A stretch of 64,000 bases of DNA, from positions 327,135 to 391,134 of the forward strand of contig JAYQIQ010000004.1 of NCBI GenBank assembly GCA_038141705.1, written 5' to 3'. Below, in pieces: positions 41,971 through 52,566 of this stretch. The notes beneath the pieces are model-generated. The model searched no databases and had not been told where the DNA came from. It saw only the letters and a program-made list of their open reading frames with translations. The position numbers and the translations under genes are program-made. The DNA is from Candidatus Eutrophomonas brisbanensis. Lineage in GTDB: Bacteria; Pseudomonadota; Gammaproteobacteria; Burkholderiales; Eutrophovitaceae. The stretch's first letter is position 1, and each line of letters begins with the position of its first letter.

Positions 41971-42594
41971 TTAGTGATTTTCATACGCACTCAATTTTTT
42001 TGCCTCTTGGATCTGTAACTTCGTCATTTGGCTTTCGAGCAAACGGAGCATATCTTCTGCCGCGAGCTCCCCTGCCACAAGCGCCCTTGAAAACCAAATA
42101 TACGCCTTAACCAAAAAGTGTGTATTACGATCAATGCCAACGTAATACCACTGGCCAAGCTCATAGAGTGCCCTTGGGTGTTCGGTTTTCGCTGCTCTCT
42201 CGCACCAATAAAGAGATTCAAGTCTATTCTTCTGAACTCCTATACCGTCTCGGTGCATAAGGCACAACCAGTATTGGGCCTCAACGTGCCCCTTCTGACC
42301 CGCCTTCTCATACCAAGCCACTGCTTGCGCAATATCTCGCTCTACGCGCTTCCCGTCGTGAAATGCGATCGCCAAGCAATACTGCGCTTCCGGCTCACCC
42401 TGGTTGGCAGACGATATCAAAGTTTCCATGCCATCTGCTAACTTGTAACGAATTTCACACCCATCAAAGTATTCTTGAGAGTAACCCGAGAATACTAGAC
42501 ATAACGATAAATGAATAATGATACCCAGCACATTTTTCCAGACAACTCTCAAGGTCGTTACTCTACTTAGTCGAGGTAAGCATTGTCTCTCCAA
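41971..42594 (-). CDS. exported Sel1-repeat protein
   Basis: Sel1 repeats (EAQYCLAIAFHDGKRVERDIAQAVAWYEKAGQKGHVEAQYWL...). The ATG at 42594 would overlap the corrected end of the upstream gene; TTG 42552 or GTG 42531 are alternative starts. Confidence 0.7.
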   Translation of the reverse strand: MERQCLPRLSRVTTLRVVWKNVLGIIIHLSLCLVFSGYSQEYFDGCEIRYKLADGMETLISSANQGEPEAQYCLAIAFHDGKRVERDIAQAVAWYEKAGQKGHVEAQYWLCLMHRDGIGVQKNRLESLYWCERAAKTEHPRALYELGQWYYVGIDRNTHFLVKAYIWFSRALVAGELAAEDMLRLLESQMTKLQIQEAKKLSAYENH

Positions 42595-43651
42595 ATCGAA
42601 AACTGATTACGAAATGCTTGAAGGTTTTCATACACACGCTTGAAGTTAGGGTTCTCGGCCATTTCATCACGAGCGACTTCATCCCAAGCAGATCGATAAG
42701 CGGCAATAATCTCCTGGGGCCAGTAGTGGATCTGAACCCCTTTTTGCCGCATACGATCAAGCGCAGCGGGTTGAGAGGCATCCCCATAGCCAAACCATCT
42801 CGCACGCTATCACCGCACGCCACCTCAATAATGCGTTGATGTCTCGAAGAAAGACTGTTCCAGACATCAAGGTTAAAAAATACCCCATTAAAAGATGCTG
42901 GCTGATGCCACCCAGGAAAATAATAATGCTTCGCGACTTGATAAAACCCTACACTTTCATCAGTCGAGGGCATGGAATACTCCGTCGCATCGATCGTTCC
43001 AAGCTGTAGGGCGGGGAACGTGTCTCCACCTGCAAGCAACTGAGTCGCAACACCTAGCCTGTCAAGCACTTTTGCCCCAAGACCAAAAAATCTCATTTTC
43101 AAGCCACGCAAATCCTCAACACTACGAATTTCTTTTTTGAACCAACCTGACGCCTCAGGTGGAATCATGTGACACGGAAGATATTTTATTTGTTGCCTAC
43201 CGTAGAGTTCGTCAGCTAGTTTTTGTCCATCACCATAGTAAAACCAAGCCAAGAATTCTGTAGGCGACGGACCAAACGGAAGTGTTGTAAAGACACTAAA
43301 AGTATTATCTACACCCGCGTAATAACCTGAACTCGCCCATGCCATCTCAACTGAACCCTTTCCAGCAGCAGGAATTGCCTCCAACGCAGGCACGAGGGCA
43401 TTGGGTTCAAAAAATTTAATATCGAGCGTACCTCCAGAAAGCTCTCGTACCGTCTCGACCCATTGAACAGGAGCCTCACCGAGAATAGCCAAGGTAGACG
43501 GAAAAGCGCTCGCCATTTTCAGTTTGACTACGACGGAGCTATCGCTAGTTGAAATATTTGACACATCCGCCTCACTCTCAACCTCCTTACCACACCCGAC
43601 CTGCAAAGTAAGAGCCAATAAAAAAATTATCGAACCCACTAAACGATACAT
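42567..43651 (-). pseudogene. TRAP-type transporter substrate-binding lipoprotein (DctP family), frameshifted in this sequence
   Basis: Lipobox LTLQVGCG and a DctP-like core. One extra base in the C4 run at 42782-42785 joins ...ACGDSVRDGLAMG to DASQPAALDRMRQKGVQIHYWPQEIIAAYRSAWDEV... (ORF 42567-42752). Confidence 0.8.
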
Positions 43652-43793
43652 ACCCTCTCCTTTCAGGCAAGCCTTGAAACACTACACTTATGCAGCTGAA
43701 CCCAGATCCAAACGATCATTTGAGATTAAAGTACACCAAACGCGCAAAAATCACTAATCCTCTTTGTTGAGAGTTAAGAGTAAAATTTAAACG

Positions 43794-44183
43794 ATGCAGT
43801 ATTTAAAATTACTGATTAGCGGTGTACTCTATCTGTTCAACCAGCCTGCGCTCGCAGAATGGCAGCAGCTAGATAGCAATGATCAGATGGTGATTTATCT
43901 TGATATAGATAATATTGAATATATCGACCAAGATAGGCGGAAAATCCAAAACCTGGTTGATTTTTACTTACCGCAGGTTGCTCATCCAAATGGAAGCCAG
44001 ATAACCTTTCAGTCGTTTATCCGGAATATTGAAGTAAATTGTGACACTCACCGACAAAAAACTCTCGATATTGTTTTTTATAAACATACCAATGCGAGAG
44101 GGGAAGAAGTTTATCGATCGCAGATAAATGCAGATTGGAGCGAAATACCAAGAAGTGCGGAAACGCATTGCTGGTGGATTTAG
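43794..44183 (+). CDS. small exported hypothetical protein
   Basis: 129-aa ORF with signal peptide MQYLKLLISGVLYLFNQPALA. I cannot name a family with confidence; it has a faint resemblance to surface-adhesin-E-like proteins. Confidence 0.5.
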   Translation: MQYLKLLISGVLYLFNQPALAEWQQLDSNDQMVIYLDIDNIEYIDQDRRKIQNLVDFYLPQVAHPNGSQITFQSFIRNIEVNCDTHRQKTLDIVFYKHTNARGEEVYRSQINADWSEIPRSAETHCWWI

Positions 44184-44229
44184 CCTGCGCCCCGCGAACG
44201 ATTTGATCTTTGGACGTACTCCAAACTTT

Positions 44230-45691
44230 TTAGCTTAGAAAAATCCAAACTAACAGCGTGTAAGAAACTATAGTGATCAGCACGACGCTGATCAAATTGA
44301 GAACAAACCCAACCTTTCACCATATCCGTTACGCCGACTCGCCCAGACGAGAAAATGATCGTGTTCGGAGGAGTTGCAACGGGCAGCATGAACGCACAAC
44401 TTGCCGCAAGTGCTGCGGGTACCGTCAATAACAATGGGTCTTTCCCAAGCGTTATCGCCAATGCACTCACAATCGGCAGAAAAGTTGCGGTGGTCGCGGT
44501 GTTTGACGTGATCTCTGTTAATACGACAAGAAGCACAATCATTGATATCACAATTACGATATGCGGCATTTGCTCAAGGACCGAGAGCTTGATGCCAATC
44601 CATGTTGCTAAACCAGATGAGTCAATCAACCCCGCTAAAGCAAAACCTCCACCAAAAAGCAGAAGTATTCCAAACGGCAATTTCTTACCCCACTCCCAGT
44701 CCATTAAAAACTTTCCACGCCGCCAATCCACTGGGCATAGAAATAACGATAAACCGATTAACATCGCTACAGTAGTATCGGTCAGACCTAGGTTTGGAAA
44801 ATGTGAAGCTAACCATGGCCTGAATACCCACCCAATCACCAACAACAAAAAGAATATGGCAGTTAACTTTTCTCCTTTGCACATAGGACCAAGATCTTTG
44901 GAAAGAGTCCCAATGCGGTCTCGAATCTCGGGATTGCTGTCACTTCCGATACGGAACAAAACTTTTGTTAACAGAAGCCAGATGAAACCCAAAAGAACAA
45001 TAGACAGCGGTAAAGCCATCACTATCCAATCAGAAAATCCGATTTCAATCCCATGCGTTTGCTTTAGAAAGCCAGCTAAAAAAGCATTTGGCGGGGTCCC
45101 AACGAGTGTCGCCATTCCACCAGCGGATGCCCCGTACGCAATAGAGAGCAATAATGCGCACGAAAACTTATGAGATGAATGGGCACTACCCGTGTGACTC
45201 CTTTCAACAACATCAATAATTGAAAGAGCAATAGGTATCATCATAAGCGTAGTAGCAGTATTGGAAATCCACATACTCAAGAACGCTGTAACGGCGGCAA
45301 ACCCTCCCACAAGACGATTCAACTTACTACCAAAAGTTTTTAGTATCGCAAGAGCAATGCGCTCATGGAGGCGCCATTTCTCCATTGCAAGAGCCACTAA
45401 AAACCCACCAACGAATAAAAAAATAATCGGATGGGAATAAGAAACGCTAACTTCCTTCAGCGGAGCGACCCCGAGCATTGGAATGATCGGCAGCGGCAAC
45501 ATTGCTGTAATCGGCAGTGGTAAAGCCTCAGCTATCCAAAAGACTGCCATAAGCAGAGCCACCCCAGCGACTAGCCACGCGTCGCGAGACAAATCGCCCG
45601 GGTGAGGTGTAGACAAAAACAGAACGAATAGCCCCAGCCCAACAAGAAGTCCAATAACTTTTGCTAATTTTCGATCGTCAATTTTTTTCAA
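44230..45691 (-). pseudogene. DASS/SLC13-family anion:sodium symporter, C-terminal frameshift in this sequence
   Basis: The 503-aa ORF is a multi-helix permease until ...VTDMVK. Removing one base at CC 44313-44314 replaces the hydrophilic tail with VGFVLNLISVVLITIVSYTLLVWIFLS, ending at the TAA at 44230-44232. Confidence 0.8.
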
Positions 45692-45719
45692 TTTGCATGG
45701 TCATTGAAATTCCTATCAA

Positions 45720-47129
45720 TTAGGAGATTGGGGTTTTATGTTTCCACGGTAAAGCACACTCGAATTTGTAGGCTAGCTGTAGGACTGCCAAGTCGGCATT
45801 TTTCTTGGAGATAATTTGAAGACCAATTGGCAAACCATTTTCACTGAAACCACATGGGCATGTTGCTGCCGGTAACCAAGTGAGATTAAAGGGATAACAG
45901 AATCCTGCCCAAGAGAACCAATCCCACGGATGTTGCTCCCAATGCTCTGGCATCAGTTTTTCAACCGGGAAGGCACTCACTGACAAAGTCGGCGTAACAA
46001 GATAGTCATAATTCTCAAAATAAAGTCTCACACGCTCGTAGTAAGCGTGTCGCTCTCCCTGCGCCCTTGCATAATCCTCGGCAGTGTACTGCTTTGCATG
46101 CTCAATTAGTGCGACCAAGCCTGGATCCATCTGATCTCGATTGGAGTCCACGTAGCCTCCATACATCATGGCTGCGGTGACAGAAAATAAACAGTGCTGC
46201 ATCGCTGACGGATCACCCCAATCTAGATGAACCTCCTCGACCACGTCACATAGACCAGAGAAAACCGAAACAGCCGACTCAAAAACTTTCTCTACTTCCA
46301 TATCCAACTTGAGATATCCGAGATTCTTACTAAATCCAATTTTCACTTCGCTTAAATCGACATCCAGATTTTCTAAAAAATTTGGAGCAGGCTCTGAGAG
46401 ACTTGTCATATCTCGATCATCGGGACCCGATATGGCCTGCAACATTAAAGCGGCATCAGATACCGTACGACTTATAGGTCCAACGTGCGAGATCAAGCCG
46501 TTAATAGGCATCGGAAAATATGGCACTCGCCCGTGCGAGGGTTTCATACCAAAAACTCCACAAAATGCAGCTGGCATCCTAATCGACCCCGCCCCATCAG
46601 ATCCTTGATGAATCGGGCCTATCCCTACCGCTGCACACACCGCAGCTCCTGCACTCGAGGCTCCCGCATTTAAACCATGCCCCCATGGGTTGTGCGTGAC
46701 TCCGGTCAGCGGACTTCTGCTCACACCAGACCAACCAAACTCTGACGTCGCGGTCTTACCTATTGAAATCATCCCTGCATCACGCATTCTGGAGACATGC
46801 AAATGATCAATGGAGGGAACTCGATCTTTGAATACGATCGAACCCGCCATTGTCTTTACCCCCTTAGTCAGAGCAAGATCCTTAACTGTAGTAGGGATAC
46901 CAATCAGTGCTGGAAGGTCTCCCCCACGCATAATTCTTTTCTCTGCAAGTTTTGCCTCTTCCAGAGCCTTTTCATAAGTAGGCGTACAGATCGCATTTAG
47001 AGAAGGGTTCAGGGACTCCGCACGAGCAACCGTATCCCGCATAAATTCAAACGGTGATAGCGAGCGACTTTTAAACTGAGCCAAAAGCTCGATTGCCGAG
47101 AAGTAGTGCTGAGAAACGTTAGAGGGCAT
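45720..47129 (-). CDS. amidase-signature (GatA-like) amidase
   Basis: 469-aa ORF with the AS region GASSAGAAVCAAVGIGPIHQGSDGAGSIRMPAAFCGVFGMKPSHGRVP. Confidence 0.85.
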   Translation of the reverse strand: MPSNVSQHYFSAIELLAQFKSRSLSPFEFMRDTVARAESLNPSLNAICTPTYEKALEEAKLAEKRIMRGGDLPALIGIPTTVKDLALTKGVKTMAGSIVFKDRVPSIDHLHVSRMRDAGMISIGKTATSEFGWSGVSRSPLTGVTHNPWGHGLNAGASSAGAAVCAAVGIGPIHQGSDGAGSIRMPAAFCGVFGMKPSHGRVPYFPMPINGLISHVGPISRTVSDAALMLQAISGPDDRDMTSLSEPAPNFLENLDVDLSEVKIGFSKNLGYLKLDMEVEKVFESAVSVFSGLCDVVEEVHLDWGDPSAMQHCLFSVTAAMMYGGYVDSNRDQMDPGLVALIEHAKQYTAEDYARAQGERHAYYERVRLYFENYDYLVTPTLSVSAFPVEKLMPEHWEQHPWDWFSWAGFCYPFNLTWLPAATCPCGFSENGLPIGLQIISKKNADLAVLQLAYKFECALPWKHKTPIS

Positions 47130-47173
47130 ACCTTACCAACAGTTATCAACTCTCAGTCGTTGCCATCAATAGC

Positions 47174-47590
47174 CTAAGTGCATTTTTTTAAAAAAAACTC
47201 TGCAACTGCTTCGGTGATGATCTGATCCTCTGCTGGCTTAAGCCCACTAACGCCAACTGCACCGAGTACTTTTCCATCTTTCGTTTGGAGTAGGTTTCCT
47301 CCAGGAAGTGCCGTCATCAATGGATCACAAAAATAACTGATATCTATATTGTCGTTCCGCAATCGCTCGAGAAAGGCGTCTGTCGACATTCCCATACGAG
47401 TCGCTGTATGCGCTTTTTGTTGTGATATTGCGATACTACGAATCGGCGCATTATCCATTCGAGAAAATGCCATTTGAAAACCGTAGGCATCACAAACCGA
47501 CACACAAATCGGTCGACCGAATTCAACTTGTGCCCTCTCAACTGCAAAATTTGTACACTCCTGCGCCAAACTCAACGTTAAATCACTCAT
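47174..47590 (-). CDS. GlcG/HbpS-like (DUF336) haem-degrading/cofactor-binding protein
   Basis: Start at ATG 47590. ICVSVCDAYGFQMAFSRMDNA...QQKAHTA...ALPGGNLL...VLGAVGVSGLKPAEDQ. Confidence 0.75.
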   Translation of the reverse strand: MSDLTLSLAQECTNFAVERAQVEFGRPICVSVCDAYGFQMAFSRMDNAPIRSIAISQQKAHTATRMGMSTDAFLERLRNDNIDISYFCDPLMTALPGGNLLQTKDGKVLGAVGVSGLKPAEDQIITEAVAEFFLKKCT

Positions 47591-47624
47591 ACATAACTCC
47601 AAATTTAAAAATTACATGTTACTC

Positions 47625-48119
47625 CTAATCGTCAGTGAGCCCTCTGTCGCCATAAGAGCTCGCAGGCCCCGAACCTGATTCGCCTAACCTACCACCTCTG
47701 CCGAAATGTCCCTTACCAGGTACGAAATTAACCTCAACCCTAATTCCATCAGGATCTTCGAATAAAACGGAGTAATATCCCGGTGCAAATTTATCGCCCT
47801 CTTCACCAGCGTGAACTAGCGTCGCGTGCTGGTGCTCCTCTACGAATCTTGAAACCTTGTTAACGTCTTCTACGGATCGCGCCCTGAAACATATGTGGTG
47901 AAGTCCACTCGTGTCTTGATCAAATCTCCGCTCACGCTTATCGGGCGGCGCGAGCCTTACGAGCACCCCCGTTTTGCCGCCAATCCTGTAGTGCACATCT
48001 TCGCCATCAATGAGCGTGCTCATATTAAAAAACTTGAGCAAATCTCTCCAGAAAAGAAGGCTGGTTTTGTTCGAAACGGTTAACTGGACATGGGCTATTC
48101 CATTGATATCGATACTCAC
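47625..48119 (-). CDS. VOC-family (glyoxalase/bleomycin-resistance/dioxygenase) protein
   Basis: 164-aa ORF. GIAHVQLTVSN...GLHHICFRA...YSVLFEDPDGIRVEV. Confidence 0.75.
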   Translation of the reverse strand: MSIDINGIAHVQLTVSNKTSLLFWRDLLKFFNMSTLIDGEDVHYRIGGKTGVLVRLAPPDKRERRFDQDTSGLHHICFRARSVEDVNKVSRFVEEHQHATLVHAGEEGDKFAPGYYSVLFEDPDGIRVEVNFVPGKGHFGRGGRLGESGSGPASSYGDRGLTDD

Positions 48120-48225
48120 ACTTGCAACCTCATGAAATGATTCTGTGAATTTAATTTACTACTGGTAGTTGTCTGCAAAAATTAGTATTCTACTTTCACA
48201 CTATAACCATGATTACAAAATCGTT

Positions 48226-49804
48226 ATGATCTTTACCAGCCCCCACCCGAATGTTACTGACCCAAAACAATCCGTCTATCAATACGTTTTAGGCAATATC
48301 ACCGGTTTCTCTGAAAAAACCGCGATTATCAACTCGACAAACGATGAAAGAATTTCCTATGCAGAACTAAAAACACTCGTCGAGAAACTGGCGTTTGGCC
48401 TACAAGAGAAAGGACTAAAAAAGGGTGATGTAATAGCAATTTACAGCCCGAATGTCCCTGAGTATGTAATGCTATTTTTAGCGGTAGCTAAGCTGGGAGC
48501 TATTTGCACGACCGCGAACCCACTTTATACCGCGAATGAACTCTCCAAGCAGTTACAAGACTCTAATGCAAAATTCTTAGTTACGGTCCCAAGCTTCTTA
48601 GAAAAAGCAAAAAGAGGCGGCAAACTCATCAAACGTAGAAGAGATTTTTGTAATCGGATCGAATGACCTGGAAACACCTTTTGATAATTTACTTACACGA
48701 GAGGGAAAAGTTGGAGACCCCTCAGTCGATTACGAAAATGATGTGTGTGTCCTCCCCTACTCCAGCGGAACAACTGGGCTACCTAAAGGGGTTATGCTCA
48801 CCCACAAGAATCTCGTAATAAATATGTGCCAAACCCGCGGGATGAGCAGTTTTAACTCTATTGATCAGGACGACACCGTACTAGGGGTACTGCCTTTTTT
48901 TCATATTTACGGGATGGTCGTAATCATGCTCTACACGCTCTCTCGGGGCGCTACCCTCTTGGTGATGCCGAAATTTGATATGGAAAATTTCTTAAGTTCG
49001 GTTGCAAAATATAAAGTGACGAAAGCACCTCTCGTCCCACCCATTATCCTGGGATTAGCAAAACACCCACTCGTTGATTCATTTGATCTTTCTAGCCTTA
49101 AATTAATCATGTCGGGCGCCGCCCCTCTGGCCGAGAGTACGGCAAAAGAGGCGGCAGACAGAGTTGGCTGTCAAATTGCACAAGGGTATGGGATGACCGA
49201 GGCCAGCCCGGTAACTCATTTGATGCCCACTAATTTGGGAGGTCACAAAGTTGGATCGCTCGGGTTACCTGTCCCAAATACCGAAGTGATCATAGTGGAC
49301 CCAGAAACCGGGAATCGATTAGGAAAGAATCAAAATGGAGAAATCTGGATTCGCGGACCCCAGATCATGAAAGGCTATCTCAATCGACCAGATGCGACGA
49401 GAGAAAGTATCGATCAGGAGGGTTGGTATCACACTGGGGATATCGGATACGCAGACGAAGAGGGATTTTTCTTTGCTGTCGACCGAATGAAGGAGCTAAT
49501 CAAATACAAGGGAATGCAAGTCGCACCCGCGGAGCTTGAGGCACTATTACTAACCCACCCATCCGTGGTGGATGCTGCAGTTATTCCTGTACAAGATGAG
49601 GAAGCCGGTGAACTACCAAAAGGCTTCATTGTTGTCCGTGACGGACAAGTGGAGTCTGCCGAATCGATCATGCAATTCGTAGCAGAGCGAGTCGCGCCTC
49701 ATAAAAAAATACGGATCGTTGAATTTGTAAACCAAATTCCAAAATCCGCCTCAGGGAAAATTCTACGTAGACTGCTGATCGAGCAAGAACGGTCAAAGGC
49801 CTAG
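48226..49804 (+). pseudogene. AMP-dependent acyl-CoA ligase (4-coumarate/long-chain type), frameshifted in this sequence
   Basis: Removing one base from the A5 run at 48609-48613 joins ...SFLEKAK to EAANSSNVEEIFVIGSNDL... and ORF 48743-49804 (PYSSGTTGLPKGVMLTH, GYGMTE, YHTGDIGY, SASGKILRR). Confidence 0.85.
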
Positions 49805-49810
49805 CGATTA

Positions 49811-49843
49811 TTGGTCATGGGTTGTAAAGCTCCCCATGACCAA
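49811..49843. terminator. perfect 11-bp hairpin between convergent genes (possible bidirectional terminator)
   Basis: ttggtcatggg (49811-49821) pairs perfectly with cccatgaccaa (49833-49843) across an 11-nt loop. It lies in the 51-nt gap between the 3' ends of the CoA ligase and the NIPSNAP gene. There is no U-tract on either side, hence the modest confidence. Confidence 0.4.
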
Positions 49844-49855
49844 CCCAATCTCGAC

Positions 49856-50188
49856 CTAACCGACTCGTTTGGGCTCCGCAAAAAAACCAACAGGCGTCAT
49901 TAGCTTGTTCTCCTGGCTCTCCAGGGCACCCAATTTTGCACTCTCCTGCGTGTAAGCAATCCAATCAGGATCCGCCCACATTGCCGCACGCTTTTGTTCG
50001 CGATCCCCAGCGCTCTCGTAAATCCAGATGTGCATATATTCATTCGGGTTACCCGTTTCACACTGCATGTATGCCATGGGTTGCCCCAAGTGTTTCGTTT
50101 GAGCAGGCTTTCCCAACTTCTCATAAAGCGCCAAATGCTTCTTGATAGTTCCTGGTCGGCACCGATAGGTTCTCACATCAACTAACAT
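49856..50188 (-). CDS. NIPSNAP-family protein
   Basis: From ATG 50188: MLVDVRTYRCRPGTIKKHLALYEKLG...YMHIWIYESAGDREQKRAAMWADPDW. Confidence 0.7.
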   Translation of the reverse strand: MLVDVRTYRCRPGTIKKHLALYEKLGKPAQTKHLGQPMAYMQCETGNPNEYMHIWIYESAGDREQKRAAMWADPDWIAYTQESAKLGALESQENKLMTPVGFFAEPKRVG

Positions 50189-50211
50189 GGCTTGTCCCCC
50201 ATACAAAAAAA

Positions 50212-50889
50212 TTATTTCATAACTTCTATTAGCTCAACCTGGAAGATAAGCGTCGCTCCAGGACCAATTTTAGGTGGCGCACCCCTGTCTCCGTAGGCAG
50301 TGTCCGCTGGACAAACGAGTTTCGCCTTGGAACCCGCTTTCAGTTTTTGTAAGCCTTCGGTCCAACACGGAATGACCCCACCCAGCGGAAAACTAGCCGG
50401 CGCTCCTCGACTGATCGAGCTATCGAAAACTGTCCCATCCACGAGGCTACCTTCATAGTGCACCTTGACATTATCACTGGCAGTAGGTGTCTCGCCCGTT
50501 CCCTCCTCGGTGATCTCAACGAGCGCACCAGAGGCGGTCTTAATCACCCCGGCTTTCGATGCAAACTCCTCCAAGAACGCTTTACCCTTCTCCGCAGAGC
50601 GCTGCGCCACTACAGCCGCACGCTCCTGTGAAAGTTGCGTTATTTTGGCTCCATACTCCTCTAATGTGATTTCCCCGTTTTTATCAGCCATCCCATCCCT
50701 GATGCCCTTAACCACGTAATCAATCTCGCTTTGATCCAAGCCAAAGCTCTTCAACTGCTGACTAATTGCAACGCCAATCGCATAAATCGTTTTTTGTTCT
50801 TCATTCTCAAGCTTTACATCAGCTGTTTCAGCACTTTTTGAGCACGCAGTCGAGAGTAAAGCTATTAGTAGTACTTGTATGAGACGCAT
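50212..50889 (-). CDS. FKBP-type peptidyl-prolyl cis-trans isomerase lipoprotein (FklB/FkpA-like)
   Basis: Lipobox LLSTACS, an N-terminal dimerisation helix region, and a C-terminal VKVHYEGSLVDGTVFDSS...GGVIPCWTEGLQ...YGDRGAPPKIGPGATLIFQVELI. Confidence 0.85.
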   Translation of the reverse strand: MRLIQVLLIALLSTACSKSAETADVKLENEEQKTIYAIGVAISQQLKSFGLDQSEIDYVVKGIRDGMADKNGEITLEEYGAKITQLSQERAAVVAQRSAEKGKAFLEEFASKAGVIKTASGALVEITEEGTGETPTASDNVKVHYEGSLVDGTVFDSSISRGAPASFPLGGVIPCWTEGLQKLKAGSKAKLVCPADTAYGDRGAPPKIGPGATLIFQVELIEVMK

Positions 50890-50953
50890 AGAGCTTCCTT
50901 AGGTTTGTGGCTAAAAAGAGGTGTACGTTACTACAAAATACGCTTTTATTTTT

Positions 50954-51847
50954 TTAGTTAACTAAACCGATTACTCGAGCCGCCCCCAACACATCTAATC
51001 GCTGCTCGTCAGAGAGTCGAATCACGGGAGGAATCGATCGACCGCATTCAATTTCCAAGCGATGCGAGAGAACGACCTTACAAACATCCGCATGTGCGGA
51101 GTACATCCACACGAGATCGACGATTGGTTTTGTTTTATTTTGTAGCTCCTGAGCAACTAAAAAATCACCAGACTCCCAAGCATTAAAGAGTTTCACATAG
51201 TGCCAAGGCGCAAGAGTGAGGGGCGCATCGATCGTGCCTACCGCACCCATACTGAGAGCAGGTAATGGGAACGCACCATTTCCAGAAAAACAAATAAGCC
51301 CCATGTCAACGAAATCTTTAATTCTGGAGAATTCATGCGCAGAGTGTTTGAGTCCTCTCAAATTTGGAATTTCCTTTTGAAGCTTACTCAATAAACTTGG
51401 CGTGAGATCAACATGGGTGAGTTGCGGCAAGTTATAAACAAAAAAATCTTTATCTACCGCCGCACCTGCTACTCGTTTATAAAATTCAACGATAGAGTTT
51501 TCGTTACTCATAAAGAAAAGAGGAGGAAGACAACAGATGGCATCACAGCCCGCACGGACCGCAGCATTAACACCGTTAAGCGCACTCTCCAAACTCATCG
51601 CGCCAACATGAAAAATAGTCTTCGCTCTCCCTTTACAAATTTCTCCTGAGATCGCTGCTAAATCCGCGCGTTGTCGGTCAGTTAATATCGGCCCCTCTCC
51701 GGTGCTCCCGGCAATCCAGAATCCATGACAGCCATGTTGCAGATTGTCCTCCAAGATGGCTTTGATAGCGGCAGCGTTAATCCGACCAGCCTGATCAACC
51801 GGCGTCGGAGGCGCAGGAAAAACACCACGATAAGATGATGAGTTCAT
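50954..51847 (-). CDS. dihydrodipicolinate synthase/N-acetylneuraminate lyase family protein
   Basis: 297-aa ORF. GVFPAPPTPVD...GFWIAGSTGEGPILT...YNLPQLT. This is the second DapA-family paralogue in the window. Confidence 0.8.
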   Translation of the reverse strand: MNSSSYRGVFPAPPTPVDQAGRINAAAIKAILEDNLQHGCHGFWIAGSTGEGPILTDRQRADLAAISGEICKGRAKTIFHVGAMSLESALNGVNAAVRAGCDAICCLPPLFFMSNENSIVEFYKRVAGAAVDKDFFVYNLPQLTHVDLTPSLLSKLQKEIPNLRGLKHSAHEFSRIKDFVDMGLICFSGNGAFPLPALSMGAVGTIDAPLTLAPWHYVKLFNAWESGDFLVAQELQNKTKPIVDLVWMYSAHADVCKVVLSHRLEIECGRSIPPVIRLSDEQRLDVLGAARVIGLVN

Positions 51848-51927
51848 ATCATTAAAGAATAATTAAAAATAGTACTTGCACGATGGTAATATTAACCAAT
51901 CGTAAACTTTCACATTACATTCCGCTC

Positions 51928-52542
51928 ATGATCAGAATTTATCATTTTCCCCGCACGCGTGGCTTCCGAGTAATTTGGCTTTGCGAAGAGCTTAATATCC
52001 CGTATGAGGTAATTAATATTGATTTTGCCCCGGAGTACCGATTTGGAAAAGATTATGGAAAGTTGAATCCCCTTGGCAAGGTCCCGACTTTAGTGGACGA
52101 GGAAACGATTATGTCTGAGAGTGGAGCCATGCTTCAATATGTGCTCGATAAATTTGGCAGTGGAAGATTACAACCAGGTACCGATGAATCTTCTCGAGCA
52201 GCGTTTTTGCAATGGTGCTGGTTCGGGGAAGCAACGTTTTCGCGCCCGATTAGCGAAATCGTTAATCACAAAAGGAATTTCCCAGAGAACCCCAAGCAAG
52301 ACGTAATCGATGAAATGAAGAAACGTTGCCGAGCGTGTTTGAATGTCGTCGAGAAAGAAATGGAAGGAAAAGATTACATCTTAGGTAACGATTTCTCAGC
52401 CGCCGATATTATGATCGGTTACATCTTCGTCCCATACACCCGGTACACGGAAGAAGTACTATCTCCCAACGTTGCGAGCTACTTTGAGCGTCTCTCTTCC
52501 AGAGAGGCCTTTAAGCGCGCGGTTGAAGCGGAGGCAAAGTAG
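51928..52542 (+). CDS. glutathione S-transferase
   Basis: From ATG 51928: MIRIYHFPRTRGFRVIWLCEELNIPYEVINID...GKVPTLVDEETIMSESGAMLQY. Confidence 0.8.
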   Translation: MIRIYHFPRTRGFRVIWLCEELNIPYEVINIDFAPEYRFGKDYGKLNPLGKVPTLVDEETIMSESGAMLQYVLDKFGSGRLQPGTDESSRAAFLQWCWFGEATFSRPISEIVNHKRNFPENPKQDVIDEMKKRCRACLNVVEKEMEGKDYILGNDFSAADIMIGYIFVPYTRYTEEVLSPNVASYFERLSSREAFKRAVEAEAK

Positions 52543-52566
52543 AAAGTCGCCGGAAGGCGCAACCCA

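Noticed and set aside
44355-45173. A 272-aa + strand ORF, one of the longest unassigned ORFs in the track.
   Set aside because: It is entirely antisense to the DASS permease. Its composition (runs of N, I, P, R, S) is what the reverse complement of a hydrophobic membrane gene produces, and it has no start context or homology. The same reasoning applies to 13764-14240, 22417-22746, 10472-10921 and other long antisense ORFs.
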